A stretch of 64,000 bases of DNA. Source: an uncultured virus (IMG/VR IMGVR_UViG_3300020034_000011). Lineage: Duplodnaviria > Heunggongvirae > Uroviricota > Caudoviricetes. Made by a program: the position numbers and the translations under genes. The notes under the pieces are model-generated. The model was not told where the DNA came from and searched no databases. It saw nothing but the letters and a program-made list of their open reading frames with translations. The stretch lies in IMG/VR virus record IMGVR_UViG_3300020034_000011; one strand, 5' to 3'. The first letter of the stretch is position 1, and every line of letters starts with the position of its first letter. Below are positions 29,860-38,600 of the stretch, piece by piece.

Positions 29860-29891
29860 TCGCGTGTTTTTCATCCCTTGTAATGAGACCC
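29860..29891 (+). promoter_or_regulatory. phage promoter-like motif plus TGAGACCC leader
   Basis: TCGCG-N7-CA-N7-TAATGAGACCC. Confidence 0.75.
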
Positions 29892-29910
29892 ATCTTACAA
29901 GGAGAATACC

Positions 29911-30018
29911 ATGAAGAAGAAATACGGAATGATCAACTTTCTGTTCGATGCAACAATGACCTGTTGCACGAGCGGATTGTGGCTCATCCGAGTCTACTGT
30001 CGTGAGAACCGCAACTAG
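29911..30018 (+). CDS. 35-aa membrane peptide (below ORF-track cutoff)
   Basis: MKKKYGMINFLFDATMTCCTSGLWLIRVYCRENRN; AAGGAG RBS; paralog of 32944-33102; terminator 30033-30063. Confidence 0.7.
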   Translation: MKKKYGMINFLFDATMTCCTSGLWLIRVYCRENRN

Positions 30019-30062
30019 TATGCCGTCTGAAAGTGAAAATCTGTAAACACAGGTTTTCATTT

Positions 30063-30094
30063 TCGCGTAGAAAACATAGTCTCTAATGAGACCA
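30063..30094 (+). promoter_or_regulatory. phage promoter-like motif plus TGAGACCA leader
   Basis: TCGCG-N7-CA-N7-TAATGAGACC. Confidence 0.75.
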
Positions 30095-30115
30095 CATCTA
30101 CTCAAAGGAAACACT

Positions 30116-30313
30116 ATGTTCACCAAGATCACTTCTGCCCCGAAGCGCATCGCCACGCACATCGTCAGCCATCGCGCTGCGTATGGTTACACCGCCGGAA
30201 TCATCACCGGCGGCTACATCATCCGCAAGCTCGACAGCGACACGTACGGCATGGCCATCGCCTTCATCGAGGAGAAGGGCTTGACCGACGAGTTCTTCAC
30301 CCCTGTCGATTAG
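30116..30313 (+). CDS. cassette hypothetical protein
   Basis: ATG 30116 after AAAGGAA; terminator 30320-30352; resembles N-terminus of 51806-52075. Confidence 0.65.
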   Translation: MFTKITSAPKRIATHIVSHRAAYGYTAGIITGGYIIRKLDSDTYGMAIAFIEEKGLTDEFFTPVD

Positions 30314-30384
30314 TCCCACGAGAAAGTTCGCTAACGCGGATTTTCTCTTTTTGCTGTGCCTGAGACCCTATCTAGGAGCAAGAC

Positions 30385-30642
30385 ATGAAGTATTTCATCG
30401 CGTGGTTTTTTGGCTTCGTTATCGGATCGCATTTGAACGAGCTGTATTTCCGACGGCTCGAAGAGTTGACCGACGAGGAAGACCATATCCTCGGTCAACA
30501 GTTCATGTTGGGAAACGCCAAGCCCAATGGCAAGTTGGACTACGCCGGTGAAGTGACCATCATGCAAGATCCTGATGGAAGCAAGGTGGTTGCAGTTCTT
30601 GATCCGTTCGGCTATATCGCAAAGCCCGCGGAGGCTCAGTAG
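30385..30642 (+). CDS. hypothetical membrane-anchored protein
   Basis: preceded by TGAGACCC (30361) and AGGAG. Confidence 0.6.
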   Translation: MKYFIAWFFGFVIGSHLNELYFRRLEELTDEEDHILGQQFMLGNAKPNGKLDYAGEVTIMQDPDGSKVVAVLDPFGYIAKPAEAQ

Positions 30643-32601
30643 TGCATTGGGCAGAGGCGCTTACCATTGCGCGAAACCAGCAAGACCTGTCTTACGACGA
30701 GTGGTGCGGTCTGTATCTCGACCCTCGCCCCGAGACGGTCAATAAGTTCCAGGTCAAGCGCGCATTGCGTGTCGCGCATAGGGTTCTGGTACGCAATGGT
30801 GTCATCGACAAGTCGGTGCGTCTGAGTTACGACGTGTCGTCATGAAGCACCAACACTCAGCGGATGCTACCATCAAGGTGGATATTCCGACACAAGATCT
30901 TGAGAACCTGATCGACAAGGCCACGGACTCCGTGCTTGTGATCATTGTGGCGCTTACCGGCGCAAGCATTCTCAAGTCCATATTTCGAGGTAAGCCATGA
31001 AGTACGCTGCTCTTTTTGCAATGCTTTCCATCGTGGCTGCCCTGGTCGTGTCATTTCCGGCATCGGACACGCCCACGACGTACTACACGACGATGGAACC
31101 GATCAAGCAGACCATCATCCCTCCATGCCGCTGGGATGATCTGTGTAATGGGTATGCCTCCGTCGCTCGGATGGAGGTACACAAGTACGACAGAACGTTT
31201 CTCGATTTTCTCGGGACGGACAAGGAGACCCCATGAGTGAAGACGAAGACCGAGACAAGGTCGCGAAGGACAAGCTTCTGAAGCATCAGGAGCAGATCGA
31301 GATGGCGAAAACCCTGCATACAGCAGGTCATTCCATCGGTAAGATCGCGAAGGTCATGCGAATCAGTCAGAGCACGGTTCGCATTCTGATGGCCAATGTG
31401 AAGGAATGCATCTGGTACACGGGCGAGGACTATGAGCCTCGTACCGATGGTCAGTACGGGTCCAAGCTTGCTGAGATCGAGCCGGGCGAGCTTGTGTTCC
31501 TTGTGCGTAAGCGCGTAGACGATGACTTGGTGCTGGCTGTCCCCAACGGTTGGCTCGGTGACGACAAGAACATCTCAAAGATCATGGTCGGCTACGTGAT
31601 CAACCACGACAATGTTGTGCGCTGCATCCTCAGCGTTGCACAAGAGAACAAGCAGGACGAGTACACGGTGGATTGGGTCTGTCGCAAGCTCGCCCAAGAT
31701 TCAATGGCGTTTCTCACGTGAGCGAGACGGAAGACGGCGACGAGCCAACCAACAAGCAGCTGGCGAACTTCCTGGTGGCCACCCAGCCCATGGTGGAGGG
31801 CGCAGAAGGCCTTCGGCTCATTCCCGACGTTCTTGAGCGAATCCTAGCCGCCAATCCGCATCACCGTGCTGCGGCCCTGAAGCGTCATCGCGAGTTTCAG
31901 GACTCCATTGTGGAAACCACGAAGATGATGCACGACGGGACGCTGCCCTGTCAGTTCCGTCGTACCAATGGACGAATGTGTCCTAATTTCAATAAGCCCG
32001 GAACCTACTACTGTAGGCTCCATCAAGATCCAGAGGAGTAGATTGTGACCGATGTCATTGTAGGGCTACACTCTCTGAACACCGTTCTTCAGGGGGTAGA
32101 GTTCACCAACCCCGCGTTGGCTGATACCCTCCGTGCGGATATCGAGATCGTGTCGCTTTACTCGGCGACCACGATTGATAAAGCCCCGGCTCAGGGTGCC
32201 GCAGGACGTCTACGCCAAGCCGCACTAGAACTAGCTCCTGTACACGCGCGTGTACTAAACGACGCGCTGGATGACCTGGGTTTCGAATGATCACCGGCAT
32301 CACGGTCTTCGACAATTTCTACGAGAGCTTGCGCTGGTCTAATCCCGCTATGCTCGCTCTCATGCACGATGACCTCAAGCATGTCGCGCTTGGCGGGATT
32401 TCTGGAAACCGAGAACTGCATTACTCAGCGGTTATCCGCTTGCGTGAGCGTGCGCAGTCTCTACCCACGCCGATGGCGAAGATCCTTGACCACATCTTGA
32501 CGGTGGATCTGGGATATTCGCTGACGCATCTCGAGCAGGTGCGTCAAACCAGCATCGCCATGAACGGTGCGCGGCGCTCGCGTGAAATTCATGGCGTCTA
32601 A
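30642..32601 (+). other. run of coupled small hypothetical ORFs (30642-30845, 30997-31236, 31718-32041, 32045-32290, 32287-32601)
   Basis: overlapping start/stop codons on + strand; no recognisable domains. Confidence 0.5.
31233..31721 (+). CDS. HTH DNA-binding protein
   Basis: GHSIGKIAKVMRISQSTVRILM helix-turn-helix. Confidence 0.65.
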   Translation: MSEDEDRDKVAKDKLLKHQEQIEMAKTLHTAGHSIGKIAKVMRISQSTVRILMANVKECIWYTGEDYEPRTDGQYGSKLAEIEPGELVFLVRKRVDDDLVLAVPNGWLGDDKNISKIMVGYVINHDNVVRCILSVAQENKQDEYTVDWVCRKLAQDSMAFLT

Positions 32602-32670
32602 TAGAGAGGCTATCCCATCCACCAGGATGCGATATTCGTGAGTTGACGCTTACGAAACGTCCTCTCTCTC
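32578..32670 (+). ncRNA. promoter motif plus ~65-nt three-way-junction RNA
   Basis: TCGCG-N7-CA-N7-TAAT then AGAGAGG/CCTCTCT closing two hairpins; no ORF. Confidence 0.55.
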
Positions 32671-32672
32671 TT

Positions 32673-32760
32673 TCGCGGAGAATTCATTCCGTTGAATAGA
32701 AGAGGAGAGGCTGGATCGTCCCTGTAGAGATCCTAACACCCTGACCGGTGACCTCTCTTA
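32673..32760 (+). ncRNA. promoter motif plus ~60-nt three-way-junction RNA
   Basis: TCGCG-N7-CA-N7-GAAT then GAGAGG/CCTCTC closing GGATC/GATCC and CACC/GGTG hairpins. Confidence 0.5.
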
Positions 32761-32792
32761 TAAATTTTGTCCATTTGGGAAAGGGTACTTAG

Positions 32793-32954
32793 TTGCAGAT
32801 CAAGAAGTCCAAGCGGCCGTTCCGTATTACCCTCAAGTTCCGGAACGAGGTGACCCGAGAGGTCACCGTGCAAGCAGTCGATCGCGATGCGGCCGAGCGT
32901 AAGGCTCGTAAGCGCAATCCGTCCGCGATTGGAGTGCAGCGTGATGCGGCGTAG
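32793..32954 (+). CDS. 53-aa basic protein (TTG start)
   Basis: MQIKKSKRPFRITLKF...VQAVDRDAAERKARKRNP. Confidence 0.5.
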   Translation: MQIKKSKRPFRITLKFRNEVTREVTVQAVDRDAAERKARKRNPSAIGVQRDAA

Positions 32955-33102
32955 AAAGACGATCATTTTTCTCGACCGTCCATACGCCATAGAGGTTCGC
33001 CGTGAATACGACTTCTGGTCATTTTTGGGCGACGCTTTCATGACATGTGCCACAAGTGGGATCTGGCTCATCTGGGTGTTCATCAGGGAAAGGCGCAACT
33101 AA
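32944..33102 (+). CDS. small membrane peptide
   Basis: YDFWSFLGDAFMTCATSGIWLIWVFIRERRN, paralog of 29911-30018. Confidence 0.6.
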   Translation: MRRRKTIIFLDRPYAIEVRREYDFWSFLGDAFMTCATSGIWLIWVFIRERRN

Positions 33103-33103
33103 C

Positions 33104-33904
33104 ATGGATGTGTATTACTTCGGGTGTTTGAAGCAGGCTGGGTATGGCTTCGAGCAACTCGGGCATTTTCTGTACAAGAAGCCGAGTGAAGATTCCCCGG
33201 TCTACGGCGTCGATGACACGGGCGCCGCGCCTTGGGGACTGCTGACCCTCGACGGTCACTTGGCTCCGAGAACGATCGACAACGATGAAGCTCCGCAAGG
33301 AGAGGCGCTGCTTCATCACGACAGTGGATGGACCGCTGTCAGCTTCTGGGATCGCTCAGGAGATCCGAGCGAAGGGTCTTCCTCTGCTTTCCTTATTCCG
33401 GAGACGCTGGACTTCTACGAAACCATGAACGTCGCCAATACGGCTTGGCGACGTTTGATGGCGCGTTTCGGCTTCGAGGTGGTTCTGCACGGGGCAGAAC
33501 TTCCCGGGAACTATCGGCGAGCGCATCCCCCGCTTCCCGAAGGCTCTGCCGCGATGCCTGCAGATCCATACGACGAGGCGGGTGCCCCTGAGGACCCTCA
33601 TACCAAGTCAGACAAGCGGGTCCGGGTTTGTGATCTCGAAGTGGGTGACGACTTCACGCTCGAGGATGTCAATTACGTTATTACGCGTAAGGGCGATGAC
33701 TGCATCAAGGGTCGGGGTGAGACCGAAGAAGTCGTCAGTGTGATTAGGTTCTACAACCCGCTCCGTCCACGACCGGAGCACACCGTGGATTGGTACACCA
33801 CAGTGGAGGTTTCGGAAGAAGATCCCGAAGTGACCGATGCGGAAAATCGTCACGATCAGCGTCCTCAGGCGCTCGTGCGAGAGTCATCTGAGGAGTTGGG
33901 CTAA
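33104..33904 (+). CDS. two-domain hypothetical protein
   Basis: YYFGC...GH...FWDRSGD N-terminal domain plus SH3/KOW-like C-terminal domain. Confidence 0.6.
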   Translation: MDVYYFGCLKQAGYGFEQLGHFLYKKPSEDSPVYGVDDTGAAPWGLLTLDGHLAPRTIDNDEAPQGEALLHHDSGWTAVSFWDRSGDPSEGSSSAFLIPETLDFYETMNVANTAWRRLMARFGFEVVLHGAELPGNYRRAHPPLPEGSAAMPADPYDEAGAPEDPHTKSDKRVRVCDLEVGDDFTLEDVNYVITRKGDDCIKGRGETEEVVSVIRFYNPLRPRPEHTVDWYTTVEVSEEDPEVTDAENRHDQRPQALVRESSEELG

Positions 33905-33945
33905 AGCCCAGCGCACGCCATATCTACTATCGAATTCGGAGCCAC

Positions 33946-34743
33946 ATGCAGATCATCAATGACGTCCGGCAACGAGCACAAGTGTTGCTGCAGGAGAACG
34001 CCACCACGCTGCTGACCGCGGGAGGGGTCGTCGGCACGGTGGCCACAGCGGTGCTCGCTGGTCGGGCGTCGTTCAAGGCGGCGGACATCATCCGTGAGCA
34101 CGAGCTCAACGCCATCCACACCGAGCCGGTCGACGACACCATCGTCGAAGGCACAATGGGCCTGGATCGCAAGGCCAAGGTCCTGCTGGTTGGTCCGCTC
34201 TTCATTCCTCCGGTCCTCACCGGCGGTTTGACGGTCGCCAGTATCGTGCTGGCCAACCGCATGAACGCGCAGAAAGCGGCTGCACTGGCTGCTGCGTACG
34301 GGTTGTCTCAGAAGCAACTCGAGGAGTACAAGAACAAAGTCGCCGACAAGCTGGGTGTCGCCAAGACCCAAAAGCTCGAGGATGAGCTGGCTCAGGATCG
34401 CGTAGATCGCGCAGAGGGGTCTACGCTGGTTATTGTCAGCGATGGCGAAGTGCTCTGCTTTGACGAGCCCAACGGCCGGTTCTTCAAGAGCACGATGCAG
34501 ATGATCGACTCGGCGGTGAATGCCACCAACACGGAGATCTTGCATCACGACCACGCGAGCGCGACGTTCTTCTACGAGGAGCTCGGGCTGCCCGGTACGA
34601 CGTGGACGGACGAGGTTGGCTGGAACACCGACAACCTCGTGGAGCTCAAGAAGTCGACCGTTCTCTCTCCGGAAAAGAAGCCATGCATCGCAATCGACTT
34701 CAAAGTACTCCCGTCGCGAGAGTACATCCGGCCAAGTTACTGA
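33946..34743 (+). CDS. conserved phage membrane-anchored protein (DUF6353-like)
   Basis: ENATTLLTAGGVVG...ALAAAY...FYEELG...VGW; paralog of 39588-40508. Confidence 0.65.
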   Translation: MQIINDVRQRAQVLLQENATTLLTAGGVVGTVATAVLAGRASFKAADIIREHELNAIHTEPVDDTIVEGTMGLDRKAKVLLVGPLFIPPVLTGGLTVASIVLANRMNAQKAAALAAAYGLSQKQLEEYKNKVADKLGVAKTQKLEDELAQDRVDRAEGSTLVIVSDGEVLCFDEPNGRFFKSTMQMIDSAVNATNTEILHHDHASATFFYEELGLPGTTWTDEVGWNTDNLVELKKSTVLSPEKKPCIAIDFKVLPSREYIRPSY

Positions 34744-34944
34744 TCGAAGGTCGATCAGAGCGGCAGGTCCCGGTCATGCGGTCCTGGGCCAAGCCGTACC
34801 GTGGGGTAGTCACCGGTGACTACCCCACAACAAGAAACCGCATCGATGACTATCGCCCTGTGCAATGCAAGGCGTTCAGGATGCCCGTGGTGGAAGATCA
34901 CATCACGCGGCGTCTGTAAATTAGCTCAACTCAAGGAGAGTTGC

Positions 34945-35294
34945 ATGTTGTCTCGCAAGAAGGACAAGGCCCTTACCGAGAAGGTTCTCGCCGTGCTCAA
35001 GAAGCCCGAGACCAAGTCCGGTAAGGGCAAGAAGGCCTTGGTCGCCGCTACCCTTGTGGGTGCGGCTGGCGCGGTCTTCTTCAAGAACACGGAGAAGGCG
35101 GATCACTCATGATCCGTGGAGCACTGATCTTTGCTGCCGGGCTCACGCTCGGCTACGCCAAGGCCGTCTCGCAGCAGGAGTCGACCGCCGCACTGCTGAC
35201 CGAGGCCCGGGAGCTCATCCAGGCCGCCAAGGACGCTCGCGAGTCCGACCCCGACACCACCCCCGAACCTCCCGGAGGAGATGACGCACAGTGA
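34945..35294 (+). other. two small membrane-anchored ORFs (34945-35112, 35109-35294)
   Basis: AAGGAG RBS, coupled, hydrophobic segments. Confidence 0.5.
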
Positions 35295-35466
35295 CAGAAG
35301 TGAAGGAACGCAGGCTCGGACCTGCGGTAGCCCTACTGATCTGCTTGGTGCTCGCATATCTGTGGGTCGGCTGGCAGGGGCCGGTCATCGGTCTGGTCAC
35401 GGGAACGGTGATGGCTATCGGTACCGTGTACAACCGCAAGCAGTTTTTGCGTGAGGCGGGCGGCTT

Positions 35467-35796
35467 GTGAAGCACGACCGTTTCGAGGACATCCTGGATG
35501 CGCGCCTGAAACGCATCCGGGATGTCCTGGTCGTCAAGACCGAAGAATACGCCACCGACGACCAATTGCACAACATCAGACAAGCAGCGGCTCTACAAGG
35601 CGTCGGCATGCCTCAAGCCGTTGCGGGAATGATGGCGAAACACACCGTCTCGATTTTTACCATGATCGCAGACGGCAAGCCCCACGACGTAACCAAGTGG
35701 GATGAGAAGATCACCGACCACATCGTTTGGCTGATTCTTCTAGAAGCAGCACTCATCGACAACGCCAATCCAGATCAAGGATCCCTCCCTTGCTGA
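35467..35796 (+). CDS. all-alpha NTP pyrophosphohydrolase-like (MazG/DUF1599-type) protein
   Basis: K..EY..DD.LHN...KH...WDEKITD..VWLILL pattern. Confidence 0.55.
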   Translation: MKHDRFEDILDARLKRIRDVLVVKTEEYATDDQLHNIRQAAALQGVGMPQAVAGMMAKHTVSIFTMIADGKPHDVTKWDEKITDHIVWLILLEAALIDNANPDQGSLPC

Positions 35797-36461
35797 AGAA
35801 GAGCATCATCTACACCAATCCGTTCACCCAAGCACAGGTGACCGAGGAGCACTACTTCCATCTTTCCAAGGCCGATGTGGTCGAGATGAACATGGAAGAG
35901 CACAAGGCCACCTATCGGAACAAGGAAGGCGAAGACCTCGAGGGTCTCGAGGCCAAGCTCGCGATGATTTCCGAGTCCGAGGACGCCAAGCAGATCTTGG
36001 CCGAGCTCAAGGACGTCATCCGCCGTGCTTACGGCGTGAAAGACGGCGACCGGTTCATCAAGTCGAAGGACAACTGGGACGCCTTTTCCTCGACGGAGGC
36101 ATATTCTCAGCTGCTCTTCGATCTGTACACGAATGCCACCGAGGCGGGCGAGTTCATGAGCGGGCTGCTCCCGAACAACCTCAGAGCGGAGCTTGCTGCC
36201 GCTGGCGCAACGGGTCCCAGTGGGTCTACGCCAACGCCAAGCGTGGAGGTTCCCGCAGCTCCAACCGAGCCGGAGCTCATCCCGGTCCCGGAAGCTGCGC
36301 CTGAGGAGGCCCCTCCGGCGCCCAGCATGACCGCCGAGCGCAAGGCGGTTCTCGACCTAGCATCGGCAACAAACCCGATCAAGCTCGATCAGGTTGATGT
36401 GGTCGGTGGTGACGCGCAGTACATCCAGGACGGCGTTCGTACGGGCCGCTTCCAGCTGTAG
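35790..36461 (+). CDS. conserved phage protein with Pro-rich tail
   Basis: probable TTG start 35790, LKKSIIYT...EEHYFHLSK, AYG.K...RFIKS...TEAYSQL. Confidence 0.65.
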   Translation: MLKKSIIYTNPFTQAQVTEEHYFHLSKADVVEMNMEEHKATYRNKEGEDLEGLEAKLAMISESEDAKQILAELKDVIRRAYGVKDGDRFIKSKDNWDAFSSTEAYSQLLFDLYTNATEAGEFMSGLLPNNLRAELAAAGATGPSGSTPTPSVEVPAAPTEPELIPVPEAAPEEAPPAPSMTAERKAVLDLASATNPIKLDQVDVVGGDAQYIQDGVRTGRFQL

Positions 36462-36472
36462 CACAAGCTCTC

Positions 36473-36628
36473 CTAGAGAGATGGGGTCTCAACCTGAGAG
36501 GTACCAGCGGCTAAAGCGCTAGGTATCAAACGACAGCAAATGGCACGAGGTCGTATCTAACCCAGCGAATGGGCTACGGTGTGGCGGCAAACTCGTCCGA
36601 ACGTGCCTCTCAGGCCCATATTCTCTAG
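36473..36628 (+). ncRNA. structured ncRNA copy 1 with GUCUCAA bulge
   Basis: stems CTAGAGA..ATGGG/CCCAT..TCTCTAG and CCTGAGAGGTAC/GTGCCTCTCAGG; core shared with copy 2. Confidence 0.7.
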
Positions 36629-36637
36629 AACAAAGTA

Positions 36638-36703
36638 TGTGATGTCGAGTATCCGGTAAGGGTTCGGTGCGTAAGGGACTAATCATCGCCCGGCTACATC
36701 ACA
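36638..36703 (+). ncRNA. structured RNA element between the two copies
   Basis: TGTGATGT/ACATCACA closing stem with inner CCGG/CCGG and CGGTG/CATCG. Confidence 0.4.
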
Positions 36704-36716
36704 CAAAGTCTCTCCC

Positions 36717-36839
36717 AGAGAGATGGGGTCTCAACGTAAAAGGGGTACCTGCGCGACTGCGCTCGGTATCAAACGACAGCAACCACAGGGCTCCTCAGCC
36801 GGATGTCCTGTATATTTGCGCCCTTTTTATGCCCGTTTT
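36717..36839 (+). ncRNA. structured ncRNA copy 2 with GUCUCAA bulge
   Basis: same fold as copy 1 with different stem sequences (CGTAAAAGGGGTAC/GCGCCCTTTTTATG). Confidence 0.7.
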
Positions 36840-37083
36840 ACGCGAACAAAGCAGGCTGGTTCGACCTATGCTTATGGCCTAAACATCGTGGGTTGATCAC
36901 CACGGTGCCATGAGCGGGTTTCTGACCAAGTCGAACAATAGACCACGGTACGGTATCTCAATGGCGTCTGAGCACGTCAACGAAAGATCGTGTTCGATGG
37001 AATTGGGGTAAAGGCGCACACCGGTGTATCGTGCATCGCTGCGCCTCGCTCAAATCCCACGTGCCAGCCTGCTTTGTTCGCGT
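36840..37083 (+). ncRNA. ~245-nt structured RNA closed by a perfect 20-bp inverted repeat
   Basis: ACGCGAACAAAGCAGGCTGG (36840-36859) / CCAGCCTGCTTTGTTCGCGT (37064-37083), several inner hairpins, no credible ORF. Confidence 0.6.
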
Positions 37084-37109
37084 AGAATTCACCGATTGTA
37101 ATGAGACCC
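37078..37109 (+). promoter_or_regulatory. phage promoter-like motif plus TGAGACCC leader
   Basis: TCGCG-N7-CA-N7-TAATGAGACCC. Confidence 0.75.
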
Positions 37110-37135
37110 TATACTTTCAAACTAAGGAGACCGTC

Positions 37136-37402
37136 ATGGACGCTTTTACGCCCCGCAACGTCGCCCAGTTCGTAGCCAAGACCATCATCCAAACGCAAAC
37201 CGCTGCGCTTGTTGGAACTACCATCACCGATCACACCCGCTTCGATGAAGACGACACCATCGTCCACATCGCCAGTGGCGTGACCGGCTGGTACGTTGCC
37301 GACCTGCTCAAGCCGTACAGCGACCAGATGGTGGACAAGGCTGCCGACTGGATCAACGCCCGCAAGGCCAAGAAGTCCGCCGAGACCCCCGAGTCCGAGT
37401 AA
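37136..37402 (+). CDS. cassette hypothetical protein
   Basis: ATG 37136 after AAGGAG; terminator 37410-37443. Confidence 0.7.
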   Translation: MDAFTPRNVAQFVAKTIIQTQTAALVGTTITDHTRFDEDDTIVHIASGVTGWYVADLLKPYSDQMVDKAADWINARKAKKSAETPESE

Positions 37403-37496
37403 CACCCTCGAATGAGAATCTGTAAACACAGGTTCTCATTTTTCCCAAACTTTTCAAAGCTTCGTTTCTAAACGAGAGAAGGGAGGTGAAACACAC

Positions 37497-37706
37497 ATGT
37501 GGACAATGCTCACCAGTTGGACGACTGAGCTGCGCACACTGATGGCGAGAGTGCACCTCGCTTATCTCGTCGGATCGCTTCTGACGCCTGCGCGGCTTCT
37601 TTGTCCAACGCCTCCGAATAGCAGCATGCAGCATCACCCGTGGCGGTGGCATCCGGTTATATGGGGGCGCCCGGAAGAGGCCCTAGGACTCCGGCGGCGA
37701 CTTTGA
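37497..37706 (+). CDS. possible small protein
   Basis: strong RBS GGGAGGTG, but atypical composition. Confidence 0.35.
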   Translation: MWTMLTSWTTELRTLMARVHLAYLVGSLLTPARLLCPTPPNSSMQHHPWRWHPVIWGRPEEALGLRRRL

Positions 37707-38007
37707 TCTCTTAGAGGTGTTGGACGAAAGAAGCAGGACAGAGGGGTGCGCATTCTGATTCTAGGTATCCTAACTAATCACGCACGCGCTTTTGCTTTAG
37801 CTCATCCTTTTCCAAGTAGGCCTGCTCTACTATTTCAGGAAGTCCGACTCCGGCCTTAGATCCCAGAAGATGGGCTAAGGCCGGATAGGCGTCTTTATAT
37901 CCATCAACCTCGGAGGGTCTCATGATGACGCTACACCCCACTTACTGAGTGGTCAAGTGAAAACGTCTTACGCAAAAGTAACCCATATCAGGCGTCGAAA
38001 GGTTTTG

Positions 38008-38208
38008 ATGAAGTACAGCGCTTGGATGTACGACCCAACGGTCGGCTGGGGTGGCGTCCACCGCGTCACCCTGGATGAGGCGGTCCGAATGTGTCGAGAC
38101 TTCAAGCGTGACTGGGACAACGTCGCCGTAGCGGTGACACTCCACGGCGTTGATCCCGAGCCGTATTTCGCGTTAGCGCTTTCTTTGGATCACTTGTCGC
38201 TCGCGTGA
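38008..38208 (+). CDS. hypothetical protein
   Basis: ATG 38008 after GAAAGG. Confidence 0.5.
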   Translation: MKYSAWMYDPTVGWGGVHRVTLDEAVRMCRDFKRDWDNVAVAVTLHGVDPEPYFALALSLDHLSLA

Positions 38209-38232
38209 GAAACACGGCATATAATGAGACCC
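38201..38232 (+). promoter_or_regulatory. phage promoter-like motif plus TGAGACCC leader
   Basis: TCGCG-N7-CA-N7-TAATGAGACCC. Confidence 0.75.
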
Positions 38233-38254
38233 CTATCACCAAGGAGACACCGCA

Positions 38255-38434
38255 ATGAATCAGTTCCTCGAGAACCTCAAGCGTGAGGCCGAGGCCAACC
38301 CCACAGTGACCCTCGCCGTCGCAGCTGGTCTGTTCACCGCAACAGCCAAGCTGATCGACGCCGCAGGTCGCCACAAGGGAAGCACCGCCTACGCCAAGGA
38401 TGTCGCACGCCGAGTCAAGCGCGACTCCCGGTAA
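38255..38434 (+). CDS. 59-aa cassette protein (below ORF-track cutoff)
   Basis: MNQFLENLKREAEANPTVTLAVAAGLF...; AAGGAG RBS; terminator 38446-38474. Confidence 0.7.
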   Translation: MNQFLENLKREAEANPTVTLAVAAGLFTATAKLIDAAGRHKGSTAYAKDVARRVKRDSR

Positions 38435-38481
38435 CACGTTTCAAGAAGAAGAGCCGTACTCGGCTTTTCTTTTTGCCAATC

Positions 38482-38600
38482 TCGCGCAAAAAACATGCTT
38501 TATAGTGAGAGATAGATAATTGCTGCAGATCCCGAAAGGGCAATCCGTCTACTGGTCGCAGCTTCGCAAAGACTATTACCAGTTTCTATCTTTTTCTTTT
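38482..38600 (+). ncRNA. promoter motif plus ~90-nt structured RNA
   Basis: TCGCG-N7-CA-N7-TAGT; GAGATAGA/TCTATCTT closing stem, GCTGC/GCAGC, CCC-GAAA-GGG, possible ACTGGT/ACCAGT pseudoknot, then T tract. Confidence 0.6.

Noticed and set aside
29024..30352. Repeats as a CRISPR array or attC integron
   Set aside because: Units contain ORFs and terminators, spacing is irregular, repeats are degenerate, and no cas1/cas2 or integron integrase is seen.
32603..32667. Hammerhead ribozyme (CGAAAC...GTC present)
   Set aside because: The CUGANGA core is absent.
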